Source: Saccostrea cucullata (lineage: Eukaryota). From it: a stretch of 64,000 nt of DNA. The stretch spans positions 434,001 through 498,000 of the forward strand of contig NW_026939106.1 of assembly GCF_032062105.1 (NCBI RefSeq), in the 5' to 3' direction. The notes beneath the pieces were generated by a model, which saw only the letters and a program-made list of their open reading frames with translations, did no database searches and had not been told where the DNA came from. A program made the translations under genes and the position numbers. Of the stretch, positions 24,001 to 34,700 are shown one piece after another (position 1 is the stretch's first letter; each line of letters opens with the position of its first letter).

Positions 24001-27000
24001 CTTTTATGCTTAATATGTGTATTCATTGTGAACTTTCAACAGGTATAAATATGTTTGACCTTGACCATAGAGTTTGACCCACTTAAAAAAATATTAACCT
24101 TGGCTATTAACTTTTGAACAGGAAGTACTAGGTATTTCTTATTTCACATGTGTATTCCTGAGAGAGGTGTTTTCACAATAAACAAACAAATTACTAAAAA
24201 AAAATAATAAAACATGAACATGTTGGTCATATTTCTTGTTCTCCCTTGAATCAGAAATGATGATATAAATATTTTAAAAATAATTATTATAACAGTTGAA
24301 AAGGTTGTGCATCTGAAAATTGAGTAAGTTCTGTGGTTGAACTAGCTCTGATATGTTTAATAGCTTTATTTTGCTGCTCAAAACACCTTGATTGACTATA
24401 TTCAATCATACTGTTTTCTGAAATGTTCAATTTTTTCAACAATGGATACATGTCATACATTTTCAGCTTTTCAAAACATTGCATGAAAAAAACTTTTCAA
24501 AAACTGTAACCATGATAACCCTTTCAAAATACTCATCTGAGCTTTTCTTGTTTCCTTTTGACATTATGTCTGTTGTCCATATCTGTTTTTCTGGAAAGTT
24601 TTTACATTTTTAACTTCTTCTCTTGAACCACTGGGTCAATTTTAACCAATTCACATAGAAATATGTACATTTCTATGTCAGTCTGTTCATTAGTCTCAAT
24701 AAATTTAACTTGGTCATCACGGTCATATCTATTGAATGAGAAGAGACAAGGCATTCATATTGAACATATGTATTTGTATTTACCTGTGACAATGGCATGA
24801 TTATTTTTTTACATTGACCTTGAAGTTTGACCTACTTGCAAAAAAATTACATGTTTTAAATTCATCATTTTGAAAGAGAAAAGTTAGGGCATTCATAATA
24901 TACGTGCATGCATATCATTACCTGTGATAAGACCTTTCCAAATAAATCGTGACTTTTGACTCTGTGACCTTGAAGCTTAACCTACTTTTCAAAAATGTAG
25001 CATTTGCTTATAACTTTTGATTGAGAAGAGATATGACTTTCACATATGATATGACATGTACATTAATTACTCATAAGAATTCAAGATGTTTCCCAGCATG
25101 CGATGATGTTTTACCCCTTTATGTTTCACCTAATTTTCAAAATATTTAACTCTCCTGAAAGATGATAATGCTGATGTGTAAAATGTACATGTAGGAGGAG
25201 TTCAGGGAAGAGGGGACTTTTTGCATAAAAAACATCACTTTTCGACCCCTATTTGACCCCCCGGGGCAATATCAAAATTCCGAAACCTTACTGCACATCT
25301 ACATAACACCACCAAATCTCTCCCAAAAGATGATTGGGCTACTATGTAAAATGTAGGAGGAGTTCAGGGAAGACGGGGCTTTTTGTACCAAAAAACGTCA
25401 TTTTTTGACCCCCATTTGACCCCCCGGGGCAAAATGAAAATTCCGAAACCTTACTGCACATCTACATGACACTACCAACCATCTCACAAAAGATGAATAG
25501 GCTACTATGTAAAATGTAGGAGGAGATCAGGGAAGACGGGGCTTTTTGCATAAAAAACGTCATTTTTCCACCCCCATTTGAACCTCCAGGGCAAAATCAA
25601 AATTCCGAAACCTTACTACACATCTACATGACACCACCAACCATCTCCCAAAAGATGATTAGGCTACTATGTAAAATGTAGGAGGAGTTCAGTGAAGACG
25701 GGGCTTTTTGTACAAAAAACGTCATTTTTTGACCTCCATTTGACCCCCCGGGGCAAAATCAAAATTCCGAAACCTTACTGCACATCTACATGACACCACC
25801 AACCATCTCCCAAAAGATGATAAGGCTACTATGTAAAATGTAGGAGGAGTTCAGGGAAGACGGGGCTTTTTGTACAAAAAACATAATTTTTCGACCCCCA
25901 TTTGACCCCCCGGGGCAAAATCAAAATTCCAAAACCTTACTGCACATCTACATGACACCATCAACTGTCTCCCAAAAGATGAATAGGCTACTATGTAAAA
26001 TGTAGGAGGAGTTCAGGGAAGACGGGGATTTTTGCATAAAAAACGTCATTTTTCGACCCCCATTTGACCCCCCAGGGCAAAATCAAAATTCCAAAACCTT
26101 ACTGCACATCTACATGACACCACCAATCATCTCCCAAAAGATGAATAGGCTACTATGTAAAGTGTAGGAGGAGTTCAGGGAAGAAAAGTGTGACAGACGG
26201 ACGGACGGACGGACATGAGTAACAACAATATACCTGAACTTTCTTTAGAAAGTGCGGGTATAAAAATTATTGCCATTAAATGCAAAAAATTATTGCAATT
26301 AAACGCAAAAAAATATTGCGATTAAACGCAAAAATCATTGCGATTAAACGCAGTATTATTGCGATTAAACGCAAAAAAATATTGCGATTAAACGCAAAAA
26401 TATTATTGCGTTTAAACGCAAAAAGTGTTGCGTTTAATTGCAAAAGTATTGCATTTAATTGTGATTAATGATTGCGATTAAACACAAAGTACTTTGCGTT
26501 TGAACGCAATGATTATTACGATTAATCGCAATGTTTTGTGTTTAATCGCAATAATTATTGCGATTAAACGCAATAAAAATATTTCTCTCTCTGAACTGGC
26601 CTCAACAGGATTCCGTACCTACCTAACTACCCAGTCTAAAATTTATAGGTCGGAAACTGCAAACAAAGAATTTTTTAAGCTTGGCCTTAGCACTAGGAAG
26701 GCAACATTTATGAACTTGACCTTTTACTTACTTTTTTTAAAACCTTTGTCATAACTTTTTAACAGCTGGTACTAGGACTTTCATATCTCATGGATCCATT
26801 GCTTATAACAAGGTCTGTCTTTGGATACCAATAAGTATGACCTTTTTACCTTGACCTTTGTATTTGAGAAAGTTCCACAATCGCCATATTAAGCTACCAT
26901 ACGGTGGCATCAGTGTTTCGCAAACACATATACTGTTTAACATATTATTATTTTCATATTTATTTTTGTTTAGATAGATCGTCACTTGTAGATGGCTTTT

Positions 27001-30000
27001 CAGCATTTTTTAACTTCATGGGAAAATTTGGAATCAGTGGATCCTTTGCAACCATTTTCTTGTACACTCCCGAAATTTATCCAACTAACTTAAGGTATAT
27101 GTTTATCCTAAACATGATTATTTCAGAATTTATATTGAATTTTCTGATTTTCACAGGGTAAGAAGCACGAAGAGAATGCCTCATATGGCAAGTCAAACGT
27201 TGCAATATTCGATCTTTTCCATTTGTATGGTAAAATTTTCCATTTGTATAATTTTTATTTGTATTCTGTAATTTTCCATTTGTATTGTATAATTTTTAAT
27301 TTTCCATTTGTATTGTATAATTTTTCATTTGTATTGTATAATTTTCATTTGCATTGTATAATTTTTCATTTGTATTCTATAATTTTTCATTTGTATTCTA
27401 TAATTTTTCATTTGCATTGTATAATTTTTCATTTGCATTGTATAATTTTTCATTTGTATTCTATAATTTTTCATTTGCATTGGATAATTTTTCATTTGCA
27501 TTGTATATTTTTCATTTATATTGTAAAAAAATCATTTGTATTGTATAATTTTTCATTTGTATTCTATATTTTCCATTTGTATTGTATAATTTTTCATTTG
27601 TATTGTATCCGAGTGATTGTTTATTTTGGTTTGTTACGAAGGATTTCATTGGTTTAATCTAATCTTATATCGGATTTGGTTATACTCAAGATGTTCTGGG
27701 AAGTTTACACGTGTTATCCAGTCTGAACATAGACTGGCTTGCCTGTTTGATCCTCGATAAACAGACAGGTGACCAGTAATGTAAAGGGCCTTGCTCATAG
27801 GCTATCAATTATAACAGCCGATGTCTCTGCACTCTGTCGCATAGGCGTCAGAACCGGCTGCATTTTATTTCCGGAATTTTTTGTAATTATAAACTTTTCA
27901 TTTCCGACATTTTTTATTTTTCATTTCCGACATATTTCAAATACAAATGTAGTACTTTTAGTAACAGATCTGAAGACCTTAATTATGAGAAATCTAAAGA
28001 AAAAAATCATAAATAAATCATTGAAATCCAATATATGAGTTTTGTAAACCTATCAATGACTTGGACGTAAATGTGGTGCTGTCACTGACATTTAATTCAA
28101 TGCACATTAAGTGTGGTGAAAAAGTTTTATGCTCATTGAACTCTTTTACCTAGACTTAGCGCTAGATGTATGCATATATATGTGTAGATGTTTTTATTTT
28201 AATTTTTATCAATATTTTGTAAAAAATACTTTTAAAATTCCATTTTCACTTACTTAGAAAACCTTGAACTGCCGCACAGGTAAATTCCAGAAATGAAAAC
28301 AAACTAATGTCGGAAATGGAAACAAAAAATGTCGGAAATGAAATAAAAAAATGTCGGAAATGCTATGCATATTTCCGGAAATGAAATGCAACGTCGGAAC
28401 CGCGGGGGGGGGGGGGGATAGCGGGGGGAGGGTGCTTAGCCCCCCACTTTTTTTTTGCAAAAGTAGACATTATATAGGCATTGAAAATTGGGATTTAACT
28501 TTTTTTGGTTGGGTTAGCCCCCCCCCCTTTCTATTAGCCCCCCTTTCAATTTGCTTTCGACGCCCATACTGTGATCTGTTTTTGTTTCCCCGAGACGGAA
28601 ACCAAAACATATCACAGCATAGGCGTCGAAAGCAAATTGAACGTAGGGGGAGGGCTAATCAAGAAGGGGGCTAAACCAACCAAGAAAAGGTAAAAAGGCA
28701 CTCTCATAGGCGTCGGAACAAGGGGGAGGGGGCGTAACAAACCATACAATGCAAATGAAATATTATAAAATACAAATGGAAAATATAGAATACAAATAAA
28801 AAATTATACAATACAAATGATTTTTTTACAATATAAATGAAAAATTATACAATGCAAATGAAAATTATACAATGCAAATGGAAAATATAGAATACAAATG
28901 AAAAATCATACAATACAAATGAAAAATTATAGAATACAAATGGAAAATTATAAAATACAAATGGAAAATTAAAGAATACAAATAAAAATTATACAGTACA
29001 AATGAAAAGTTATACAATACAAATGGAAAATTATACAATACAATTGCAAAATTATAGAATACAAATGAAAAATTATAGAATACAAATGAAAAAATTGACA
29101 ATACAAGTAGAAAATTATACAATACAAATGGAAAATTATACAATACAAATAAAAATTACACAATACAAATGGAAAATTATACAATACAAATAAAAGTTAC
29201 ACAATATAAATGGAAAATTTTACAATACAAATGGAAAAGATCGAATATTGCAACCTTTGACTTGCCATAGCCTCATAGCAAGTCATATTATTATATTCGA
29301 CTGATGAAAAAGAATTGACCTATTGGGTAAACTGTGTAAAGCTAATCAACACATTAAGTATCATACTTAAACAGTTTTAAAAAGGTTTGACTTTGTGATG
29401 GCATAAATACTTTATTTATTTTTCGATGGAAAAAGTCATCTTCTTCTCATGAGAATGCAAGTTTTTTTTTAGATTTGTATTAGAATGACGCTTTGCTTAC
29501 GGAGAGTAATATCAATATAAAGTGTTTCTGCAATCGAGTTTTTCGTGTCCGCTTAGCGCAGTAATAGTTGGTAAAGTACAAGTACATAAAGAATCAAAAG
29601 CTTTGCTAATGGTTGACCAACTTTTAACCAAAATTGAAAAAGAAGTTTGGCATCAACGCAAGTTTAGAATAGATTTCAGGATATATGTTACGTCGTTATC
29701 CAATATCATTGATCTCTGTCATTGAGTTCAGACACAGGCCACATTCATTTTATTAGAGGAAATGCAACCGAGTTGTTTAATGTAATACTAGCATGTTGTA
29801 AATTTCAAATTTACTAGCAGAGGTAAGAAAATTATCGTCAAAATTTTGCATTTACCTCCCAATAGTAAATCTTGTAAATTCAAAATTTACAACATAAAAC
29901 CAGTCAATACCTGTTCTGTTTAGATCTGCTGGATATGGCATGGCGTCTGCCTCAGCCAGGATTGGCGGGATGCTGTCCCCATTCACCACAATGTTTGTAA

Positions 30001-30243
30001 GTTATTGTCGAGTTGTGACTATTATCATCATTTTCAGACCTGAATCTCTGAATGAGAAAGATTTTTTTCTTCTTTCAGGCAGCGTGGATCGAATGGGGTC
30101 CAGGAGTTGTGTTTGGAAGTCTCTCCATTGTTGTTTGTGTTCTGTTTCTATGGTTACCGGAGACCAGTGGTCGAGAGTTGCCTACAAATTTAGATGATCT
30201 TACAGATTTCTATGTTATTAAGGTTAAACAACCCAAGAAGTAA
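92..30243 (+). CDS. SLC22-family organic cation/anion transporter (MFS), 3' part; exons 92-226, 3981-4066, 26974-27094, 29924-29996, 30079-30243 (gene starts upstream of the window)
   Basis: Phase-consistent AG/GT-bounded exons translate to FVNALTYNGIFLTSGTMTGNRFLNFFINGIIEIPS..NR|YGRKKT..|..MGKFGISGSFATIFLYTPEIYPTNLR|SAGYGMASASARIGGMLSPF..|..LWLPETSGRELP. These carry the SLC22 motifs RxGR[RK], E[LI]YPTxxR, ARIG and LPET. Confidence 0.9.
449..3950 (-). mobile_element. Non-autonomous Helentron (DINE-1/HINE-like), copy A1, with internal ~160-bp tandem repeats
   Basis: On the minus strand the 5' part has a GTCC microsatellite (3901-3919). The 3' end has subTIR GCGGGTAT plus a CTGTC-ttct-GACAG stem-loop and CTAGT (449-480). 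It is colinear with copy A2 (9601-9977 + 22907-26262). Confidence 0.75.
3051..3893. repeat. ~160-bp tandem repeat, about 5 copies plus a partial, inside Helentron A1
   Basis: The unit GATGATTAGGCTACTGTGTAAAATGTAGGAGGAGTTCAGGGAAGAC...CCAACCATCTCCCAAAA recurs at ~3051, 3212, 3371, 3531, 3690 and 3851. Confidence 0.95.
4426..4897. repeat. 167-bp tandem triplication that includes the Tc1 left TIR
   Basis: TACTCAACAAA(G/A)AAAGTTAAGGGTT occurs at 4539, 4706 and 4873, each time preceded by the same flank sequence. Confidence 0.9.
5176..6169 (+). pseudogene. Tc1-family transposase pseudogene
   Basis: Motifs RSGRPR, LFTDESKF, GGGSVMVWGGIS, DDNARPH and SADLYPIE are present, with 34 residues between the second D and the E. 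It carries several frameshifts and in-frame stops (e.g. 5448-5450, 5992-5994). Confidence 0.92.
6241..7015 (-). mobile_element. Non-autonomous Helentron inserted in the Tc1 element, with ~157-bp internal tandem repeats
   Basis: SubTIR pair AGCTCTACTGGT (6268-6279) / ACCAGTAGAGCT (7000-7011), a GAC(A/G) microsatellite at ~6940-6959, and a terminal stem-loop near 6252-6263. The repeat unit recurs at 6379, 6539, 6696 and 6853. Confidence 0.8.
7308..7616. mobile_element. Mutator-like MITE (309 bp)
   Basis: ~55-bp imperfect TIRs (CAATCGCA..CTCGGG.CTTTCCG / CGGAAAGGCCCGAG..TGCGATTG) and a perfect 9-bp TSD TGTACGTGT at 7299-7307 and 7617-7625. Confidence 0.85.
8915..9091 (-). mobile_element. SINE, 5'-truncated (3' body plus (AATC)n tail)
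   Basis: GATTGATTGATTG tail; the body matches the fuller SINEs at 48541-48835 and 51092-51459. Confidence 0.75.
10532..10783. mobile_element. 252-bp MITE with 5-bp TSD
   Basis: Termini CAGGGGTGGATCCAGG / TTAAATCCGCCACTG; TSD CTTAT at 10527-10531 and 10784-10788. Confidence 0.85.
11425..12348 (+). repeat. 47-bp tandem array (about 20 units), left arm
   Basis: Unit GGCATTTAGCGGCATTTGTCCAAGACAGACCCTCTGGTAGAGTCAGC; 37-bp variants lack one 10-bp subrepeat. Confidence 0.97.
13574..16214 (+). CDS. Transposon nuclease: SAP-like + SWIM zinc finger + YqaJ/lambda-exonuclease-like PD-(D/E)xK domain; exons 13574-14124, 14255-14410, 14748-14862, 14956-15082, 15505(or 15473)-16214
   Basis: SAP-like LKVTDLQKYLSDRGI..LIELC; SWIM CTCIGG|MDGACRH across the exon 1/2 junction; YqaJ motifs TRGQ..W...R...LTASNF, WG..KE, GCSVDG, EIKCP and YYHQMQGQM. 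Introns are GT-AG; the last acceptor is uncertain. Confidence 0.88.
16877..19124 (-). CDS. ISL2EU/Harbinger-type transposase (THAP + HTH + DDE_Tnp_4), ~521 aa, one apparent frameshift; exons 19124-18766, 18605-18456, 18336-18145, 17983-17880, 17638-16877
   Basis: THAP MVKHCCWGTC..FPKP..RWVKLC..YICSKHF; catalytic motifs IIDCTE, MADQGF and HVERAIG; also SSYKHHNTLK and GSISD. Exon phases are consistent. There is one extra base in the T6 run at 18972-18977. Confidence 0.9.
20280..22765 (-). repeat. 47-bp tandem array (about 53 units), right arm, inverted relative to 11425-12348
   Basis: Unit GACAAATGCCGCTAAATGCCGCTGACTCTACCAGAGGGTCTGTCTTG is the reverse complement of the left-arm unit. Confidence 0.97.
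27184..29269. mobile_element. Foldback-like element with modular 21-bp inverted arms and 6-bp TSD
   Basis: TIR TATGGCAAGTCAAA(C/G)GTTGCAATATTCGATCTTTTCCATTTG. Arrays of CATTTGTATTGTATAATTTTT at 27220-27608 and inverted at 28745-29238. TSD GCCTCA at 27178-27183 and 29270-29275. Confidence 0.9.
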
Positions 30244-30276
30244 ATAAATTAAAGATTTTTTTTCTTGGGAAAAATA

Positions 30277-30433
30277 TTTTTAGCTCACCTCGAAGGCTCA
30301 AGTTGATCAAAATTTGTCCGTCGTCTGTCGTTGTCGTCGTCGTCGTTGTTGTCGTTGTTGTCGTCAACTTTTCACATTTTCATCTTCTTCTCAAGAACCA
30401 CTGGGCCGATTTCAACCAAACTTGGCACAAAGT

Positions 30434-30481
<48 letters not shown>

Positions 30482-30533
30482 TTTTTCCAAGGGCAGATAA
30501 TCATAAATTTGTTAAAAATTAATGGCATTTTTA

Positions 30534-30564
<31 letters not shown>

Positions 30565-30700
30565 GGAAAGATGAAACTCATGTGAAAGCATCCTCAGGTA
30601 GTGTAGATTCAAGTTTGTTCAAATCATGACCCCCGGGGCAAGGGTGGGGCCAAAATGGCCAACCCAAGTTTTACATATGAATATATAGGAAAAATCTTTA

Positions 30701-30731
<31 letters not shown>

Positions 30732-31029
30732 GGAATGATGAAACTCATGTGGAATCATCCTCAGGTAGTGTAGATTCAAGTTTGTTCAAATCATGACCCC
30801 CGGGGCAAGGGTGGGGCCAAAATGGCCGACCCTAGTTTTACATAGGAATTTATAGGAAAATTTTTTTAAAATCTTCTTCTCAAGAACCACTAGGACAGGA
30901 AAGATGAAACTCATGTGGAATCATCCTCAGGTAAAGTAGATTCAAGTTCGTTCAAAGCATGACCCCTGGGGCAAGGATGGGGCCAAAATGGCTGACCCAA
31001 GTTTTGCATATGAATATATAAGAAAAATC

Positions 31030-31063
<34 letters not shown>

Positions 31064-31760
31064 GGAAAGATGAAACTCATGTGGAATCATCCTCAGGTAG
31101 TGTAGATTCAAGTTTGTTCAAATCATGACCCCCGGGGCAAGGGTGGCCAAAATGGCCAACCCAAGTGTTACATAGGAATATATAGGAAATATCTTTAAAA
31201 ATCCTTCTGAATATCCACTGGGCCAGGAAAGATGAAACTCATGTGGAATCATCCTCAGGTAGTGTAGATTCAAGTTTGTTCAAAACATGACCCCCGTGGC
31301 TAGGGTGGGGCCAAAATGTCCAACCCAAGTTTTACATGGGGATATATAGGGAAACCTTTTAAATTTATCTTCTTTTCAAGTACTTCAAAGCTATGATTAG
31401 TGATATTTATATGGAATCATCCTCAGGTAGTGTAGATTCTAGTTTGTTCAAATGATGAATGATGTTTTTGGGCCTCTTGTTTCCAGTTTTACGATAAGTT
31501 CTCATGCCTAGGATTTTTTTTGTATACTTGAAACAGGAATATCCTTCATTACCTCGTGGAAAAGAAAAGGGGGAAACAGTACTACCTTGTCTTACAATTG
31601 AAAATATGTACACATAAACAAAGAGTAGTCAGTAGGGGAACATCAGATTTAAAATATAGAATATAATTTATATGCTACAAAAAAGACGGACGAGGAGGTA
31701 AAAGCACGACATACAATTTCTTGTAACCGATCAAAAACTGTAGAATAACCAAGGTGAGCA
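30277..31760 (+). mobile_element. Helentron carrying ~166-bp satellite monomers (Cg170/HindIII-like)
   Basis: 5' TTTTTAGCTCACC, a GTC microsatellite, and a unit recurring at ~30551, 30718, 30884, 31050 and 31212; AGGTGAGC subTIR near 31752. The monomer length equals that of the oyster 166-bp satellite; the family assignment is from memory, not a search. Confidence 0.75.
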
Positions 31761-34700
31761 CCTGGAAATAAATTCCAAACAGATACTAAATGTTCCCTAC
31801 TTAAGTATCTTTTAAAACATATCTTTGTGTGTAAACGTGTATTTTTTATCCCCACGCATAAGAGTTGGAGGGGATATAGAAACGTAATCGTGTGTGAATG
31901 TTTGTTTGTGGTACATGTACAGTGTATGTCCTGTGCGAAACGGAAGTGTCATCATTTGCATCGAGATTGATGTCTAATCGAATGTAGCCTTGATTCACAG
32001 ATCTGCTCTTTGCAAATGGATGCCTATCTACATGTATATGGTGCCCCTGTTAAAATTTCAGCCTTATCCCTAAGACAGTCGTACGAATCTGACTCCTAGA
32101 AATGTAGTATTAACTTCTTCTTTATGCAGTAGTAACTTATTCTTTATCTTTAATCTCTAAGGTTGTTGAGGCATAACAGAATATTTGAAGTTCATTCGAA
32201 CATAAATATTGCTATCTGAGAAAGAAAATATGAAAAGACCAAAGAATTGACTGAACAATCAGACGCTTTAACATTGGTCAGCAGCTCAGTTACAATCAAG
32301 AGTTTGCATGATGCCTAAATAATTCACAAAGTTATCTACTCCATCATTACAATAAATCAATATATACAGTTAGTGCAATCAGAGATACTGCAAATGAGCT
32401 CATAAATGATACCCCGTCGAATAAACGTATTATAACGATATTATTAGCCTGAATAAGGTCATATCGTCACGCACTGTCATATAATTATTCATAATATAAC
32501 GTAAATTGTCACCGACGACAAAATATCGAGTGTGAAGGTAACCAACTTCGTCCGTCTAGTTAAAAATAGTACCATTATTAATATAAAAGTACTATAAGAC
32601 TGAACTTTGTACCAACTAATACTGCTACTTTGATGTAAATTCAAGTTTTATCGTCGCACAAAAGCTTACGGTCCTCACAATTCACAAAATCAAAAGCAAC
32701 ATTCTTTCCCAAATTTATTTGGTTCACTTGAAAATGATATTGTGAACAAGATCGATGGGAATTTGTATTCATTAAGCTTGACTGGCTGAATTGTCAAGAA
32801 GACATCAAAAAACTAAGACATTAGATATGACGTCACTTCCGATATACATGTATTTTTGTCCTGAATATCGCGCGTTATAGAGCTTCGTTTATAAAGACTT
32901 TCATTATCTTTGAGACATTATTATTTCCGTCATTCGTTTAATACATGATTTAATAAAATTCACGAATCAAACAAAAGACCTACGCACATGTATTCATATT
33001 AGAAAATCCCCCTTTCATCCTTAAGTTTTGACCTTATCTTGAATTACGCACCTCCCTGGTAATATTCCTTAGTCGTGTCCAGTTTGTGAGAATTCACTTA
33101 TCAGCATCAAATGTTAAAGCAAATCTCAGATGTTTTCGCAGATTGTTACTTATGAATGCTTATCAAGATTTACAGGTAATCTAACCAAACAATCGTATGG
33201 TCGCTCTAAGAAGTGCATCAAACATCGGTTATAATTAATACAGGCCGCAAGGTTGACGCTCCAATATAGTGATAAATGCGAGATTTCGCGAGAACGCTTC
33301 ACATCAAAGAAGTTAATTTATCTTCGAGACCAATTCATATACATCGAACTTTTTTTTCTTTATTTAAAAAAAAATAATAAGAGACAGAGGACAAATATTC
33401 TGAATCAGACAGTTCAAGGATCGTTGTGTGCAGGATCATTCGGATATTCCTGAATTATACAGGTAAATCAAATTCAGATATTGGGGCAATTGGAAGAAAT
33501 AGCTTGTTTAATGATTTAGTCTTGAAATTATTGGCACTTAGAATTTTAGAATCATTATTCACCTACTTGAATTATATAACCGAGGTCAATTGCAGCATTG
33601 TCATTGGATTCCAAGAGCCCCGTGGTTAATCTGGAATATTAATGCAAATCCACCTCATTATTTTGCGGATATGATTGCCATTAACATTAGAAGAGTGTGT
33701 GGTTGGTGTACCAAGCATTGTCATCGGATTTCTGTCTGCGCTCTCTTTCATTATCAATCAAAGTCTGTAGAAACTGGGTAGATGGTGTAGGGGGAACAAG
33801 AGAAAAGAGATCGTCCCGTTTCCTGATTTTCCAATCGATAGATATACAAGTAGGGTAAAACTGAGTTTGTCCAAATGTTTTCAAATAAAATTCAATGACA
33901 TTCCCATCCATGCCTTCCGGCAACCGAGACTTTTCAAATACGAATCTATTAAACCAGTAAATGGAAGGATGGAATCGCGGATGTTATAGATTCAAAGCAA
34001 GATGCCATTTCTGTAGGTTTATAATTACTCTTTGATAAAGTGCAGAATTGATGAAAAAGCTTTCTAATGCTAGCTATTTCTACGTCCTACAACAACACAC
34101 CTTTTTATTTTACGATTACGACCCGATTCGGAGGAAAATAGATATCAAAACAACTGTCATATCTGTAACTTTTAATGGTGAAAAATATGAAGAAAAAAAA
34201 ATCATGTCTTTTTCGTGCGCATATTGATTTCCCGCGGATGTGGGCTGTCAATTTCATCTCTATAATATATGCTGAGATGAACTGTGAATCAAGAAATGAG
34301 CCATGCGTATATTTTTATGACTTCTTGATCACAATAAAATCTGATGGATTAAGTATTTTTCATCCGAAGTCAAACCCTGTACATGTGTAATATAGATTTA
34401 CTTCTAGTAGTGGTTAGATTGCAATTTGGATAGGAAGGTTTTCTAAGCTCTGATCTCGAAGGTATGTATATTACTTTGCATTATAGTTTTTTAAGGTGGC
34501 AATTACATAAGAACACAGTTTTACTTAATTAAAAACTTCACCTTTGTTAAGTTTTAATTACAGCTATGTTTGCTTTCGGACGGTTCAATGACATTGAGAT
34601 ATTGGTTATAACACGTACATCAGTGTACGAACATATTGCAGTTGAATAGAACCACTGTCAATAAAACATGCATCTTGGGGGTTCTTTTAAAGGAAGCGAC

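Larger units (their letters stand above)
9601..26262 (-). mobile_element. Nest layer 3: Helentron copy A2 (9601-9977 + 22907-26262) with ~162-bp internal repeats
   Basis: 9603-9960 aligns with 449-833 and 22908-26245 aligns with 848-3950. The minus-strand 5' end TTTATACCCGCAC..GGTATATTG plus GTCC microsatellite is intact at 26195-26262. About six ~162-bp repeats lie at 25160-26185. Confidence 0.85.
8223..26686. mobile_element. Nest layer 2: PIF/Harbinger-type MITE split by later insertions
   Basis: TIRs GGCCCAAAATAAAATATTGTTTGTTTGCAGTT..CCGACC and GGTCGG.AACTGCAAACAAAGAATTTTTTAAGCTTGGCC. TTA TSD at 8220-8222 and 26687-26689. The same palindromic TTGCG(T/A)TTAA(A/T)CGCAA repeats occur in both halves (8495-8720, 26265-26575). 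Confidence 0.8.
7960..26938 (+). mobile_element. Nest layer 1: HINE/Helentron split into 7960-8222 and 26687-26938
   Basis: 5' end TTGATGCCCCC..GGGGGTATG followed by TGTCCGTCTG. 3' end CATACGGTGGCATCAGTGTTTCGCAAACACAT resembles the ends of related copies at ~2197-2232 and ~35875-35905. Confidence 0.65.

Noticed and set aside
27223-29193. IIFHLYC / YNFSFV low-complexity ORFs
   Set aside because: These are translations of 21-bp foldback arm repeats, open on both strands.
33426-33923. Overlapping short ORFs in a slightly GC-richer patch
   Set aside because: No recognisable motif or consistent splice structure; coding status cannot be supported.
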